Made by a program: the position numbers and the translations under genes. Below, piece by piece: positions 9,762 through 18,859 of a stretch of 64,000 bases of DNA (position 1 is its first letter; the number at the start of each line of letters is the position of its first letter). The DNA is from Methanobacteriota archaeon. Its GTDB lineage: Archaea > Thermoplasmatota > Poseidoniia > Poseidoniales > Thalassarchaeaceae. The notes under the pieces are model-generated. The model was not told the DNA's origin, did no database searches, and saw only the letters and a program-made list of their open reading frames with translations. The stretch lies in assembly GCA_002712285.1 (NCBI GenBank), contig PATC01000016.1, positions 17,219 to 81,218 on the forward strand, read 5' to 3'.

Positions 9762-11522
9762 ATGAGGCCCAAGGGTTCAGCCATTGCCCTATGTCTGATT
9801 ATGTTAGCCTCGCCTTTGGCAGGATGTTTCGGTGAGCAAAACAATGCAGGGCCGAATTCAGTTGATGATGTTACAGTAACTCCTGCAATTTGGACTGGGG
9901 GGGAGTTCCAAGGCATCACTGTCGAAGCAAAAACCGACCTCTCAGCCTTCATTCCATACTTAATTCTGAATCAAGACTCTGGCTTCGTACAGAATTCAAC
10001 TGTTGTAGATATCAGAGCCGGTGATTCTGTTTTGTTATCTGTATTAGCGCCACCTCGAACTGATACTGCAGTCATTTTAGTTGGAGAATATGGTCGAGAG
10101 GAATGGCCAATTCGAGAAGTCAACGAATCCTGGAGAACATGGTATAACCGTGGTGGTTTTGAACGAGGGGATAATCCTAGCATCTTACGAGTGGATGGAG
10201 ATAATGAATCGTTAGATACAATCCAATCATCTAACGAAAGTGTTGATTCTGTAATCGCAGTTAAGATCCCAATCAATCGTCCAATGGCAGCAGCATACAG
10301 CGAGGCACAAGGAGGGCGACATTCAACCGGACTTGTTGATGGATTGAACGTTTTCAATTACATCAGCCACATGTCTGATGAGACGTTTGATCCAACAGAC
10401 CTTGCTGACAATGCTGTGGGCTACCTTGACCGATGGGCGGGTCAAGGTAATGCAGCCTACGAAGACGCTGCACAATATCTCATTGACAACCTGGAAAGTT
10501 TTGGTTTAGAAGTCATTACCCAGCGATTTACCTACGATTCGCTGATGACAGGAGCTCAAAATCCAGAGGCCTACAATATCTGTGGATACCGCTTTGGCGA
10601 GGTTGACCCGGACAAGTGGATGGTTTTCGGAGCCCATTTTGACATTGCACCACCTGTAAATGCAGGAATGTTGGATCCGCACATATTCGGACGAACCTAC
10701 GGTACTCGGGTTGGAGCTTATGACAACACCGCAGGTACTAGCATGGTTCTAACTGTTGCAGAAGCTATGGCAAATTATCCTACTAGGAATACAATGGTAT
10801 TCTGTCTTTGGTCAGGAGAAGAAGGTGGAAAGCGAGGAAGTGATTTCTGGACTGATTATTGGGTCAAGGAAGACAATCCCAATGTCGAAGTCACGAATTA
10901 CGTTAACCTCGATATGGCCGGTGTTAACTGGCCAGGTGGTGGTGGCGCGCCTTGTGGAGATGGCCATGGAGGAGGAGATGGGAATTGTGACCCGCAGCCT
11001 GAAGTCGACCCTGATGGCTATCCGAAAGATGAGGAAGTCTGGCCTATGCGTGTGTATATTGGTCCAAGTTTAGATCATGATATCATGAATCAACCCGAAA
11101 TGGTTGGACTTGCAATGTGGATTGGTTCTGATGCTATTGGTGTAGAAGAACAGATGGCTCCACTCATCGGTGCCGGTTACGATGCAGAAACTTGGAAGGT
11201 TGATGATTGGTTGGAAAAGGATCGTCCAGAAATTATCGTCTATGAAGATACCACTGCACGCTCAGATCACGCCACATTCCAAGATAACTTAGGGACTGTA
11301 ACTATGGGTTTTGGTGGGCTTGTTGATGGATACTGGTGTTACCATCAGACTTGTGATACTGTTGATGAGATGGTAGATTGGATGGATACCACTGGGAAAG
11401 ATTACGGAGAGCCCCGTAGCGGAACAAGCAATCTTGTCGATGCCCTAGACACAATCACATGGTGGGCCACGTATTCTTTTTTCCACCTCGATGAAGAACC
11501 AATCAGGAATTCATATCTCTGA
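9762..11522 (+). CDS. M28-family metallo-aminopeptidase, probable lipoprotein
   Basis: Metal-ligand motifs of M28: GAHFD, GAYDNTAG, WSGEEGGKRGS, NLDMAG, SDHATFQ. The N-terminus is MRPKGSAIALCLIMLASPLAGCFG. A Gly/Asp/Cys-rich insertion (WPGGGGAPCGDGHGGGDGNCDP) sits at about 10921-11000. Confidence 0.85.
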   Translation: MRPKGSAIALCLIMLASPLAGCFGEQNNAGPNSVDDVTVTPAIWTGGEFQGITVEAKTDLSAFIPYLILNQDSGFVQNSTVVDIRAGDSVLLSVLAPPRTDTAVILVGEYGREEWPIREVNESWRTWYNRGGFERGDNPSILRVDGDNESLDTIQSSNESVDSVIAVKIPINRPMAAAYSEAQGGRHSTGLVDGLNVFNYISHMSDETFDPTDLADNAVGYLDRWAGQGNAAYEDAAQYLIDNLESFGLEVITQRFTYDSLMTGAQNPEAYNICGYRFGEVDPDKWMVFGAHFDIAPPVNAGMLDPHIFGRTYGTRVGAYDNTAGTSMVLTVAEAMANYPTRNTMVFCLWSGEEGGKRGSDFWTDYWVKEDNPNVEVTNYVNLDMAGVNWPGGGGAPCGDGHGGGDGNCDPQPEVDPDGYPKDEEVWPMRVYIGPSLDHDIMNQPEMVGLAMWIGSDAIGVEEQMAPLIGAGYDAETWKVDDWLEKDRPEIIVYEDTTARSDHATFQDNLGTVTMGFGGLVDGYWCYHQTCDTVDEMVDWMDTTGKDYGEPRSGTSNLVDALDTITWWATYSFFHLDEEPIRNSYL

Positions 11523-11578
11523 ATATATTCCATTTAGTTTAGCGACAATTCTTTCACACGGAAAGGATAGGCACAGGC

Positions 11579-12640
11579 ATGTCTGAGCCGTTAATTCATC
11601 CAGACATCACCAAGGCTCACACCTTACCCTCTAGATTCTATACGGATGAGAAATCATTTCAACATCTGATGGCCGAAATGCAGAACTGTTGGTATTTTGC
11701 AGCCCATTCCAGTCAATTCGCCGAACATGATGTAATTCCACTAATTGACATTGAAGAAATGCTTGGTGAAGCATTGATTCTAACCAATTCAGACAAAATC
11801 AGGTGTCTGTCCAATGTTTGTACACATAGAGGAATGTTGGTGGCCACTGAACCAAGAAAATGCAGTACTTTGCAATGTAAATACCACGGACGAACATTTG
11901 GCATGGATGGTTGCATGAAGAATATGCCAGAATTCCAAGATGTCGAAGGATTCCCCTCTGATTCTGATAACTTACCGAGTTTTCCAGTCACTGAATGGAA
12001 AGGGTTGCAATTGATTGGAGGAGATCGATTTCTCAAGGAAGCGATTGCAGAATTACAATCTCGTCTTGGGTGGATAGATATCGACTCATTCCAACATGAC
12101 AATAGTCGATATCGTTCTTATGATATTGAGGCAAATTGGGCCCTTTATGTCGATAATTATCTCGAAGGATTCCACATACCTTTTGTTCATGGAGATCTAC
12201 ACGGTGTATTGGATAATGATGAGTATCGAACCGAATTGTTCGAAGGGGGAGTACTGCAAATTGGTATCGCTCGAGAAGGTGAGCCTCATTTCGAAATTCC
12301 AGAAAATTATTCAGGTTATGGTGAGAAAGTAGCAGCTTACTATTACTGGTTCTACCCTGGGCTGATGCTCAACTTCTACCCATGGGGGTTGTCTGTCAAT
12401 CAAGTAATTCCCCTCTCTGCAAATAAAACTCGTATCGTTTACCATGGCTATGTCGGAAATGCCGAAATGCTCGGTAAAGGGGCTGGTGGAGACCTTGACA
12501 AGGTTGAGATAGAGGATCAAGAAATTGTCGAGGCTACGCAACGCGGTGTCTCCTCAAGATCATATGACAGGGGGAGGTATTCACCGAAAATGGAGCGTGG
12601 TGTTCATCATTTTCATCGAATGTTGACTCGTAATCAATAG
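11579..12640 (+). CDS. Rieske [2Fe-2S] non-haem-iron oxygenase, alpha-subunit type
   Basis: Rieske motif CTHRG...CKYHG (NVCTHRGMLV / LQCKYHGRTF) and a mononuclear-iron motif NYLEGFHIPFVHGDLH. 353 aa. Confidence 0.85.
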   Translation: MSEPLIHPDITKAHTLPSRFYTDEKSFQHLMAEMQNCWYFAAHSSQFAEHDVIPLIDIEEMLGEALILTNSDKIRCLSNVCTHRGMLVATEPRKCSTLQCKYHGRTFGMDGCMKNMPEFQDVEGFPSDSDNLPSFPVTEWKGLQLIGGDRFLKEAIAELQSRLGWIDIDSFQHDNSRYRSYDIEANWALYVDNYLEGFHIPFVHGDLHGVLDNDEYRTELFEGGVLQIGIAREGEPHFEIPENYSGYGEKVAAYYYWFYPGLMLNFYPWGLSVNQVIPLSANKTRIVYHGYVGNAEMLGKGAGGDLDKVEIEDQEIVEATQRGVSSRSYDRGRYSPKMERGVHHFHRMLTRNQ

Positions 12641-12657
12641 AAGTGAGTTTTTGACGA

Positions 12658-13080
12658 TTAGAAACATCCGCTCTTAGGTTGTACTTCGTGGATTTCAACT
12701 ACACGAGGAGGAGGAAGGCGAATCATGATACTGGAGCCAACTACCTCAAATGATAACGACGATATCTCTCCATCAATATCGGTTACAATAGCGATGATGT
12801 TTCGATGATTGCTTAGTCGAATCACGGTATCTGTTCTACGCTGAGACCTCTCGACTTGGAAGACCATGCCTTTGAAGCGGACTGTACCATAGTCTTCTGT
12901 GTAGTGTTTATTCGCAATTCTTCGAAGACGAGATAATTGCTTCATCGAGTCATCAATTGCAATCATTGCTTCATCTTGGTATTCACTCTGTTCATCTAAA
13001 GGCACCCAGGTTGAGATATCGGGTACCTCTTCATTCGAGCCATTTGCTTCATCATCAATATCGTCTCGATCTACTGTCAT
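12658..13080 (-). CDS. Hypothetical protein, acidic N-terminus
   Basis: 140-aa ORF in the same orientation as its neighbours, with no recognisable motif. It sits 107 nt downstream of the M50 protease gene. Confidence 0.45.
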   Translation of the reverse strand: MTVDRDDIDDEANGSNEEVPDISTWVPLDEQSEYQDEAMIAIDDSMKQLSRLRRIANKHYTEDYGTVRFKGMVFQVERSQRRTDTVIRLSNHRNIIAIVTDIDGEISSLSFEVVGSSIMIRLPPPRVVEIHEVQPKSGCF

Positions 13081-13187
13081 TACTTCACCTCAAAGATGGG
13101 CGAATTACTTCGACCACCGGAAAGGCAACATGGTAGTGACGCTATTTGAATCAATTAATGAGTGAATCTCAGCGATTTGACATTCTC

Positions 13188-14114
13188 TCAAATTAGATTA
13201 GAAAACAAGTCCAGATATGGATCAATTTGGCCTGATATCGTACCATAAGCAAGACCAATTGTACCAATGAAAAATACCCAAAATATTGGTTCATTCCACT
13301 GTTTTACTTTCCGGCCATCTAAGGGGCCTAAAGGAATCATATTGAATGCGGCTAGAATTGAATTTCCCCAAAGCCATGCTTGTACAAATGCCGAAATAAT
13401 TGCCCCATCACTTAAGCCAAGCAGAAGACCGCCTAGTACTAAGCCAATAGCATACAATACAAGATTCGATATCGGTCCCGCTAACGCTATTTTCCCATTT
13501 TGCTCCCGGGTGATATTTCCAGCTACCATCACCGCTCCTGGAGCCATAAAGACAAAACCAAGAATTGCCGCAATTAGGACACCAGTCTTCAATCCAGAAG
13601 GATCTGCACGGAACTCTGCCCAGCACCCATAATGTCGTGCGAGAAATTTGTGCGCCATTTCATGTAACAAAAAGGCTGGACCAAGGGAAAAAATGTAGAG
13701 TGTTCCCCAAATTGCCATTTCAATAAATACAACAAATGGTGTTTCTCCAGTTCTCAAAATTCCAAGTATTCCGCCTACGCGCATCAACGCTAGAGCGAGT
13801 GCAAATGCTAGTGTTGCAAGAGTTAGATCGTTGATTTCCTTGCGTGAAAAATGCCAGAATGAGCCCGTATTAGTTGAAACCGGTGTATCGTAGTAACTAG
13901 GATTCATGAAACCACGCAAAAATGCTCCAGATGGTGGAGTCTTTTCGAATACGACGCGAACATGTTGTTGTCTACGAGCACCATCATCACGCGCGCGTGA
14001 ATGGTTCGGAGGTGCGCGATCGACAGAAGCGAAGAAATCCTCCTCTAATGCATTGAGGCGGGGGTCGCGCCCATTGCCATCCATGTTTATGCCTTCGCCC
14101 CGGTATGCTATCAA
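13188..14114 (-). CDS. Site-2-protease family (M50) intramembrane metalloprotease
   Basis: HExxH in a TM segment (LLHEMAHKFLARHYG) and the second M50 motif FNMIPLGPLDGRKV. Multiple TM segments. Confidence 0.85.
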   Translation of the reverse strand: MIAYRGEGINMDGNGRDPRLNALEEDFFASVDRAPPNHSRARDDGARRQQHVRVVFEKTPPSGAFLRGFMNPSYYDTPVSTNTGSFWHFSRKEINDLTLATLAFALALALMRVGGILGILRTGETPFVVFIEMAIWGTLYIFSLGPAFLLHEMAHKFLARHYGCWAEFRADPSGLKTGVLIAAILGFVFMAPGAVMVAGNITREQNGKIALAGPISNLVLYAIGLVLGGLLLGLSDGAIISAFVQAWLWGNSILAAFNMIPLGPLDGRKVKQWNEPIFWVFFIGTIGLAYGTISGQIDPYLDLFSNLI

Positions 14115-14133
14115 TCTAAATGATGGAAACTAA

Positions 14134-15687
14134 CTACAATGTCATTCCGTCAATACTGATGAGAATGGGCATATTTTGGTCCCCTGCTTCGGGATAATCA
14201 CTACGGTGATGGGAGCCGCGAGACTCTTCACGGGATTCTGCAGCAGAAACCATAGCACGTGCGAGTTCAATCATACAACCTGCATCAAGAGCAGTGATTA
14301 ATTCAGTATTCATAACTGGCGAATCATCTGAAAGTCGGATTGGGGAGTTGGCTAATTGCTCAATTTGGGTTGCTGCAGTAGTGAGGCCTATGACATCACG
14401 AGTTAGTCCCATATTGGCATTCATTGTACGACGAAGAGATGCTGATAGAGCCCCTACCGTCATACCTTCTTTTACTTCACTCATAGCTTCGATTTCTGCT
14501 TCCACCTCGAATGAGGCATCCATCAAAATGTCCCGCCCGCCGTGTTTTGCAGATGATGCCCAGTGACCTGCTGATGTACCGGCACTCGATCCTGTGAGAA
14601 GTTCATCCAATGTCCAATTTCCTGCAAGAATATCGCTACCATGCATCCCTGAATCAGAAGATGCTCCAGCCGCATATAGGCCTGTAAGCCAGAGATTTTC
14701 ACCAATCAAAGCACGGCCTTCATTATCCACTGCAACACCACCAATAGAGTATCTAGGAGATGGAGTAACTGGAATGACTGTTGTCCAAAGATCTATTCCG
14801 AAACGATCTGCGAGAATTTGGGCTGATGTATTGAACCACGGTCGTACTGATGGTGGAACGCCTCGCGCGTCAAGGACATGCTCATCATCACCCATCGATC
14901 TGCAAGCTTCAGTTAAACCACCAACGAGTTCGATATCTTCGCCATTCGCCTTTCGGAGGCGAGCGCCCGTATCAAGAAGAGATAGAGAAAGAAACATTTC
15001 TGAATCTTTGATTTTCATTGGGTGCCAACCCATGAACTCCATGCCACTAAGCCTTGCACCTGCACGATAGGCAAGAGTGGTTTTTGATCCAGATGAGCCG
15101 CTCTCTGTCCATAGGCCATCGTGCCCATCTCCTGCAAAAATCACTGCTTTTGCTTGAATAGGTGCAATAATCCCTGTTTGAATATCAAGAATAATCAGTC
15201 CGCGGACTCGCTGATTTTCAACCACCAACTGAAGTGGTCGAATGTCGTGTCTACGTGGTATACCTCGCTTCATACACTGCTCTTCAAGAATTCTGAGAGT
15301 TTCGCGTCCCGTCACATCACCCACTGTAGCGACTCTAGGAGTACTATGCCCAGGTTGAGCAGTCAAAACAGGAGTGCCTGAACTATCACGACGAAGATTG
15401 AGGCCCCATCGTTCAAGTTCAATCAAAGTAGTTACAGAAGATGCACAGCGAGATTTTGACGCGGGAGTCTCAAGCCCTTGACCAACCGTAATGGTGTCTG
15501 AGAGATGTTCATGAAAATCAGATTCTGAAAGTGATGCTGCAATACCTGTATCATCGGCTCTAGCTTGAGCACTTCCAGGGCCTTTATCGTCAAAGATACT
15601 TACTGTCGCTCCAGCGTCCAATGCAGCGATTGCTGCGCGCAAAGCGGCTACTCCCGAGCCAACAACAACGACATCCCATGACTCCAT
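14134..15687 (-). CDS. FAD flavoprotein of the L-aspartate oxidase / succinate dehydrogenase-fumarate reductase family (divergent)
   Basis: N-terminal dinucleotide fold MESWDVVVVGSGVAALRAA and C-terminal ESRGSHHRSDYPE (ExRGxHxRxD[FY]P motif). I placed the start at ATG 15687, because the 24 codons upstream in the track ORF precede the Rossmann fold. Confidence 0.78.
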   Translation of the reverse strand: MESWDVVVVGSGVAALRAAIAALDAGATVSIFDDKGPGSAQARADDTGIAASLSESDFHEHLSDTITVGQGLETPASKSRCASSVTTLIELERWGLNLRRDSSGTPVLTAQPGHSTPRVATVGDVTGRETLRILEEQCMKRGIPRRHDIRPLQLVVENQRVRGLIILDIQTGIIAPIQAKAVIFAGDGHDGLWTESGSSGSKTTLAYRAGARLSGMEFMGWHPMKIKDSEMFLSLSLLDTGARLRKANGEDIELVGGLTEACRSMGDDEHVLDARGVPPSVRPWFNTSAQILADRFGIDLWTTVIPVTPSPRYSIGGVAVDNEGRALIGENLWLTGLYAAGASSDSGMHGSDILAGNWTLDELLTGSSAGTSAGHWASSAKHGGRDILMDASFEVEAEIEAMSEVKEGMTVGALSASLRRTMNANMGLTRDVIGLTTAATQIEQLANSPIRLSDDSPVMNTELITALDAGCMIELARAMVSAAESREESRGSHHRSDYPEAGDQNMPILISIDGMTL

Positions 15688-15755
15688 GGCTTCAACCTGC
15701 ACCCCATTCCAGATAAGGACGAAACATAAACGCGGCGGAGGGTTAGTGCAGCGAC

Positions 15756-17330
15756 TCAACGCATCTTTAGAGAATCACGTACTTCACGAAGGGCTTCAAT
15801 TCCAAGGCTACTTGCTCGACGCATTCTAACTTGTGTACTTCCTGCACCGCCACTACGTTGCTGAACATCAGTAGAGATTACTACTGATGAAATTGTTTCA
15901 CCGCCTTGCTTTCTAAGATGGATTTGGACGGGATGTCGCCCGCGAACTTTTGGTGACCAAGCTAAGCCAATCCAAAGTACAAGACCGCGTTCCATCAAAA
16001 TGGAAAGGCGATCGGCTAGAGTTTCTGTCAATGAAGAAGAATTGAGGGGTATTGCAGCGGGTAATTTTGGAGTTGGTTGGGGAGTCACACGGAATGTTTG
16101 TACGACTGGGAGTCCATCAGGAACTACAACTTCGACTTCAACCGTTTCTTCACGTTCACCAAAATTGTGAACCATCAAAAAAAGATCACCTTGACCATCA
16201 GGACAAACTAATGGAAGATCGTGATCCATTCTCCATTCAGAAGAAATAAGTGAATTGTCGCCTGTTAGGATATCATTGCGAGCCCTACGAATAATTCTGA
16301 ATAAACCAGGCTGCCAAGCTTCAGTGTGTTCTAGCAAACGTCGCAAGGATGAGATGTTGAATGGTAGTTTACTTACCGATTCTTGATTTTCATGAGAAAT
16401 AAGAGTAGATGAGGATTCGGCCATTATCCAATCCCGCATCTCTCTTCTCACAATTGATGTCAGAATGTTGTTCAATTTCCAATTACCAATTCCATCTTTG
16501 TCTGTCATAGTTGAGAGATAAACTGCTTGAACAATGCGTTCCCTTGCGAGGGCAGGTGGAAGTTTATTTCGAATCGATGGTTTGAGTTCATCTAACCAAG
16601 CAGACCATTGAGAAGCGGAGTCTGGATCCATATGCGCCTCAATCAAATCACTCAACACTGTATGCATTTGACTACTATGTTGTGTAGGAGCATGGAATGG
16701 AAGATATTTGAAATCGAGAGAGCGCATCTGAATTGTTCGTTCAAGTCTAATAGTCTGAGCTATTGTAATTGCAGTTAGGATTACTGCAGCCATCATTATC
16801 ACAATATTTCCAGGGCCGCCGGCTTCGAAATACTGCTGAATTGTAACAAGGACACCTACCACAATAGTGACCATCATTCGAATGCGTTCATTCAAACGAT
16901 TTTCACGAATCATCGAACGGATTCGTTCCGCGCCAGGGAAAGAATTCAACGAAAGTTGTTCGGTACCTCTTGAAGTCGGTCCGAAATCATTCTCAGAAGT
17001 GATAAATTGCATCTCAGCAGCAATCGTCGGAGGCAATAAAATCAGGATTGATATCCCAATCATCGTAATACCCATCCAAAGAGCATCAATCTGTTCAGGG
17101 AATACCATCACAACGATCAGTAGCACCATCAAACTAGGTCCCAAAGTAAGACGAAGTAAACGCAGTGCTGTAGATTGTGCGAAGTTTACCGCGGTGTTCC
17201 GACGATGATCCGTCTTTTTCTCATCATCACGTTCAATCTCATCGAGATCTATGGTCTCCTCAGGACGATCGGGTGTCGGTAAAGACAACGGTACGGAATC
17301 CCGTAAATCGAGTGAGTCCTCTTCGGCCAC
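15756..17330 (-). CDS. Membrane protein of unknown function (acidic N-terminus, about 4 TM, large C-terminal soluble region)
   Basis: 524-aa ORF. Hydrophobic segments fall at residues ~60-110 and ~150-195. The C-terminal part has beta-rich stretches (VEVEVVVPDGLPVVQTFRVTP). No known motif recognised. Confidence 0.55.
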   Translation of the reverse strand: MAEEDSLDLRDSVPLSLPTPDRPEETIDLDEIERDDEKKTDHRRNTAVNFAQSTALRLLRLTLGPSLMVLLIVVMVFPEQIDALWMGITMIGISILILLPPTIAAEMQFITSENDFGPTSRGTEQLSLNSFPGAERIRSMIRENRLNERIRMMVTIVVGVLVTIQQYFEAGGPGNIVIMMAAVILTAITIAQTIRLERTIQMRSLDFKYLPFHAPTQHSSQMHTVLSDLIEAHMDPDSASQWSAWLDELKPSIRNKLPPALARERIVQAVYLSTMTDKDGIGNWKLNNILTSIVRREMRDWIMAESSSTLISHENQESVSKLPFNISSLRRLLEHTEAWQPGLFRIIRRARNDILTGDNSLISSEWRMDHDLPLVCPDGQGDLFLMVHNFGEREETVEVEVVVPDGLPVVQTFRVTPQPTPKLPAAIPLNSSSLTETLADRLSILMERGLVLWIGLAWSPKVRGRHPVQIHLRKQGGETISSVVISTDVQQRSGGAGSTQVRMRRASSLGIEALREVRDSLKMR

Positions 17331-17404
17331 ATTACCCGCTCAGCACCCAACCCCCTTCATCTCATCGCATCCTTTCAAGAAGGGGGGGCGATTGTATTGA
17401 ATTC

Positions 17405-17479
17405 GGGCGTGTAGCATAGTCTGGATAATGCACCGGCCTCCTAAGCCGGGGACCGTGGGTTCGAATCCTGCCGCGCCCG
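17405..17479 (+). tRNA. tRNA-Arg (anticodon CCT)
   Basis: Hand-folded. Acceptor GGGCGTG/CGCGCCC. D-stem GCAT/ATGC. Anticodon stem CCGGC/GCCGG with loop CTCCTAA. T-arm GTGGG-TTCGAAT-CCTGC. Discriminator G. No encoded CCA. Confidence 0.85.
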
Positions 17480-17482
17480 TAT

Positions 17483-18619
17483 TCAAGCAATGGACAAACC
17501 ATGAGTACGACCGATCTGAGCAAAACGATGGAGTAAATCTTCAAGATGAATGCGTGAATCGATGGCGTCACCCATTCCAATTTCAGTCAACGCTAGAGCT
17601 TCTAGGAGATCTTTTCGAAGATGATTTGGGACGGGTAGTCGAGGGCTTGTGATCGCCATATGGACTTGTTGAACAATGTCTGCTCCATCTAATGCATGTT
17701 CTCTGAGCATTCGATCGAGTTCCCCATATGCACCGGATGATACTCGCTTTCTACGTCGACCATCATTTTCCATCTTCCATTCGACTACTCGGCCGCGTAG
17801 GGCCATCTCCACCATGTGACGGCCTGTCTGAAGTGTCACTGCATTCACAAGACGAACTACAGCTTCACGATCTTCAGCGAGATCACGATGAACAAGAAGA
17901 TCGAGGGTGAAAATTGCTTTTCTTAAATCTCCATTTGAAATATGTACTACGTCACCAAATACACCATCTGATACCTTAGCACGCTCTAGGTCAGCTATCC
18001 CACGAAGTATTTGTTCGATTGTATCTGGCTTAGGAGAAGGAAGGCGAATTGAGCGGGTTCTCGATCTTAAAGCATCAATAATTCGACTTGGAGAACGGGC
18101 AACTAGGATGAATCTTGAAGTGCGGCCGGAACGTTCCATCATTCTACGAAGATATGCTTGTCTCTTCATACCAAGATGGTCGGCATCCTCTATGATAATG
18201 AGACGAGAAATGGGTATACGTCCATCTGAAAGATCGATTTCCACCCCTGAAGGAGGAGGGTCTGTGTCATCTGTTGTCCATAAACTGCGATCGAAAGCAT
18301 CGAGGCTTGAGCTCGAGGCAAGTGACCCCTTGCCCGATGATCCATTTTGGAGAAATTCCTCAAATCGCTTCATCGCATTCTTTGAACCACTCAAATCTCG
18401 TGCCTGAATTACATGATGGGTCGCTTTCCAACCAGGACCCAGTACCTGACGAGCAACAAGACGCCATGCTGCTGTTTTTCCACAACCACTCGGACCTGAA
18501 ATTAGTAAATGAGGGGGGTCTCCTTCGATACTAGCCGATTGTAGAGCATTACGGATTCTTTCTGGAGTTGCAAGATCATCAAACCGAGTTGGTGCATGAC
18601 GAACGAGCCAGAGGGTCAC
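17483..18619 (-). CDS. Replication factor C small-subunit-like AAA+ ATPase (divergent, with an insertion)
   Basis: Walker A GPSGCGKTAA, Walker B IIIEDADHL, RFC-box-like AYLRRMMERSGRTSRFILVARSPSRIIDALRSRTRSIRL. At 378 aa it is longer than a typical RFC-S. Confidence 0.72.
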   Translation of the reverse strand: MTLWLVRHAPTRFDDLATPERIRNALQSASIEGDPPHLLISGPSGCGKTAAWRLVARQVLGPGWKATHHVIQARDLSGSKNAMKRFEEFLQNGSSGKGSLASSSSLDAFDRSLWTTDDTDPPPSGVEIDLSDGRIPISRLIIIEDADHLGMKRQAYLRRMMERSGRTSRFILVARSPSRIIDALRSRTRSIRLPSPKPDTIEQILRGIADLERAKVSDGVFGDVVHISNGDLRKAIFTLDLLVHRDLAEDREAVVRLVNAVTLQTGRHMVEMALRGRVVEWKMENDGRRRKRVSSGAYGELDRMLREHALDGADIVQQVHMAITSPRLPVPNHLRKDLLEALALTEIGMGDAIDSRIHLEDLLHRFAQIGRTHGLSIA

Positions 18620-18664
18620 ACACAGCGTTAAACCCGCTGGTCTTTGAACTGAACGATACGAAAA

Positions 18665-18859
18665 TCACTCAGCAATTAGATCCTTATGACCGCCACGACG
18701 GGGTTTCATGAAAATACGGTAGCCGCAATTCTTGCATTGCAACGTACTTGTTTCACCCATAGTGTCAATTCCAATCATGTAACCACATCGGAGGCACCGG
18801 TAATCGACTTCGACCATAGTTGCGCGACCATGGAGGTATTCTTCAACCCGACGGTTCAC
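18665..18859 (-). CDS. rpoP: DNA-directed RNA polymerase subunit P (Rpo12)
   Basis: Zinc ribbon YRCLRCGY...LQCKNCGYRIFMKPRR, typical of archaeal RpoP. The GTG start at 18859 overlaps the guaA stop (GTGA). An alternative ATG is at 18817. Confidence 0.75.
   Translation of the reverse strand: MNRRVEEYLHGRATMVEVDYRCLRCGYMIGIDTMGETSTLQCKNCGYRIFMKPRRGGHKDLIAE

Noticed and set aside
10921-11040. Gly/Asp/Cys-rich insertion in the M28 peptidase, considered as an intein or mobile insertion
   Set aside because: At about 35 aa it is far too short for an intein and has no splicing motifs. It is most likely a surface loop.
15688-15759. 24-codon N-terminal extension of the flavoprotein ORF, giving a 4-nt overlap with the upstream gene
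   Set aside because: The extension precedes the Rossmann beta-strand and is Cys/Pro/Trp-rich. ATG 15687 (MESWDVVVVGSG) gives a canonical N-terminus. The longer form cannot be excluded.
17362-17652. Two small ORFs (72 and 74 aa) covering tRNA-Arg and the RFC-like 3-prime end
   Set aside because: They overlap a hand-foldable tRNA and a motif-supported CDS.
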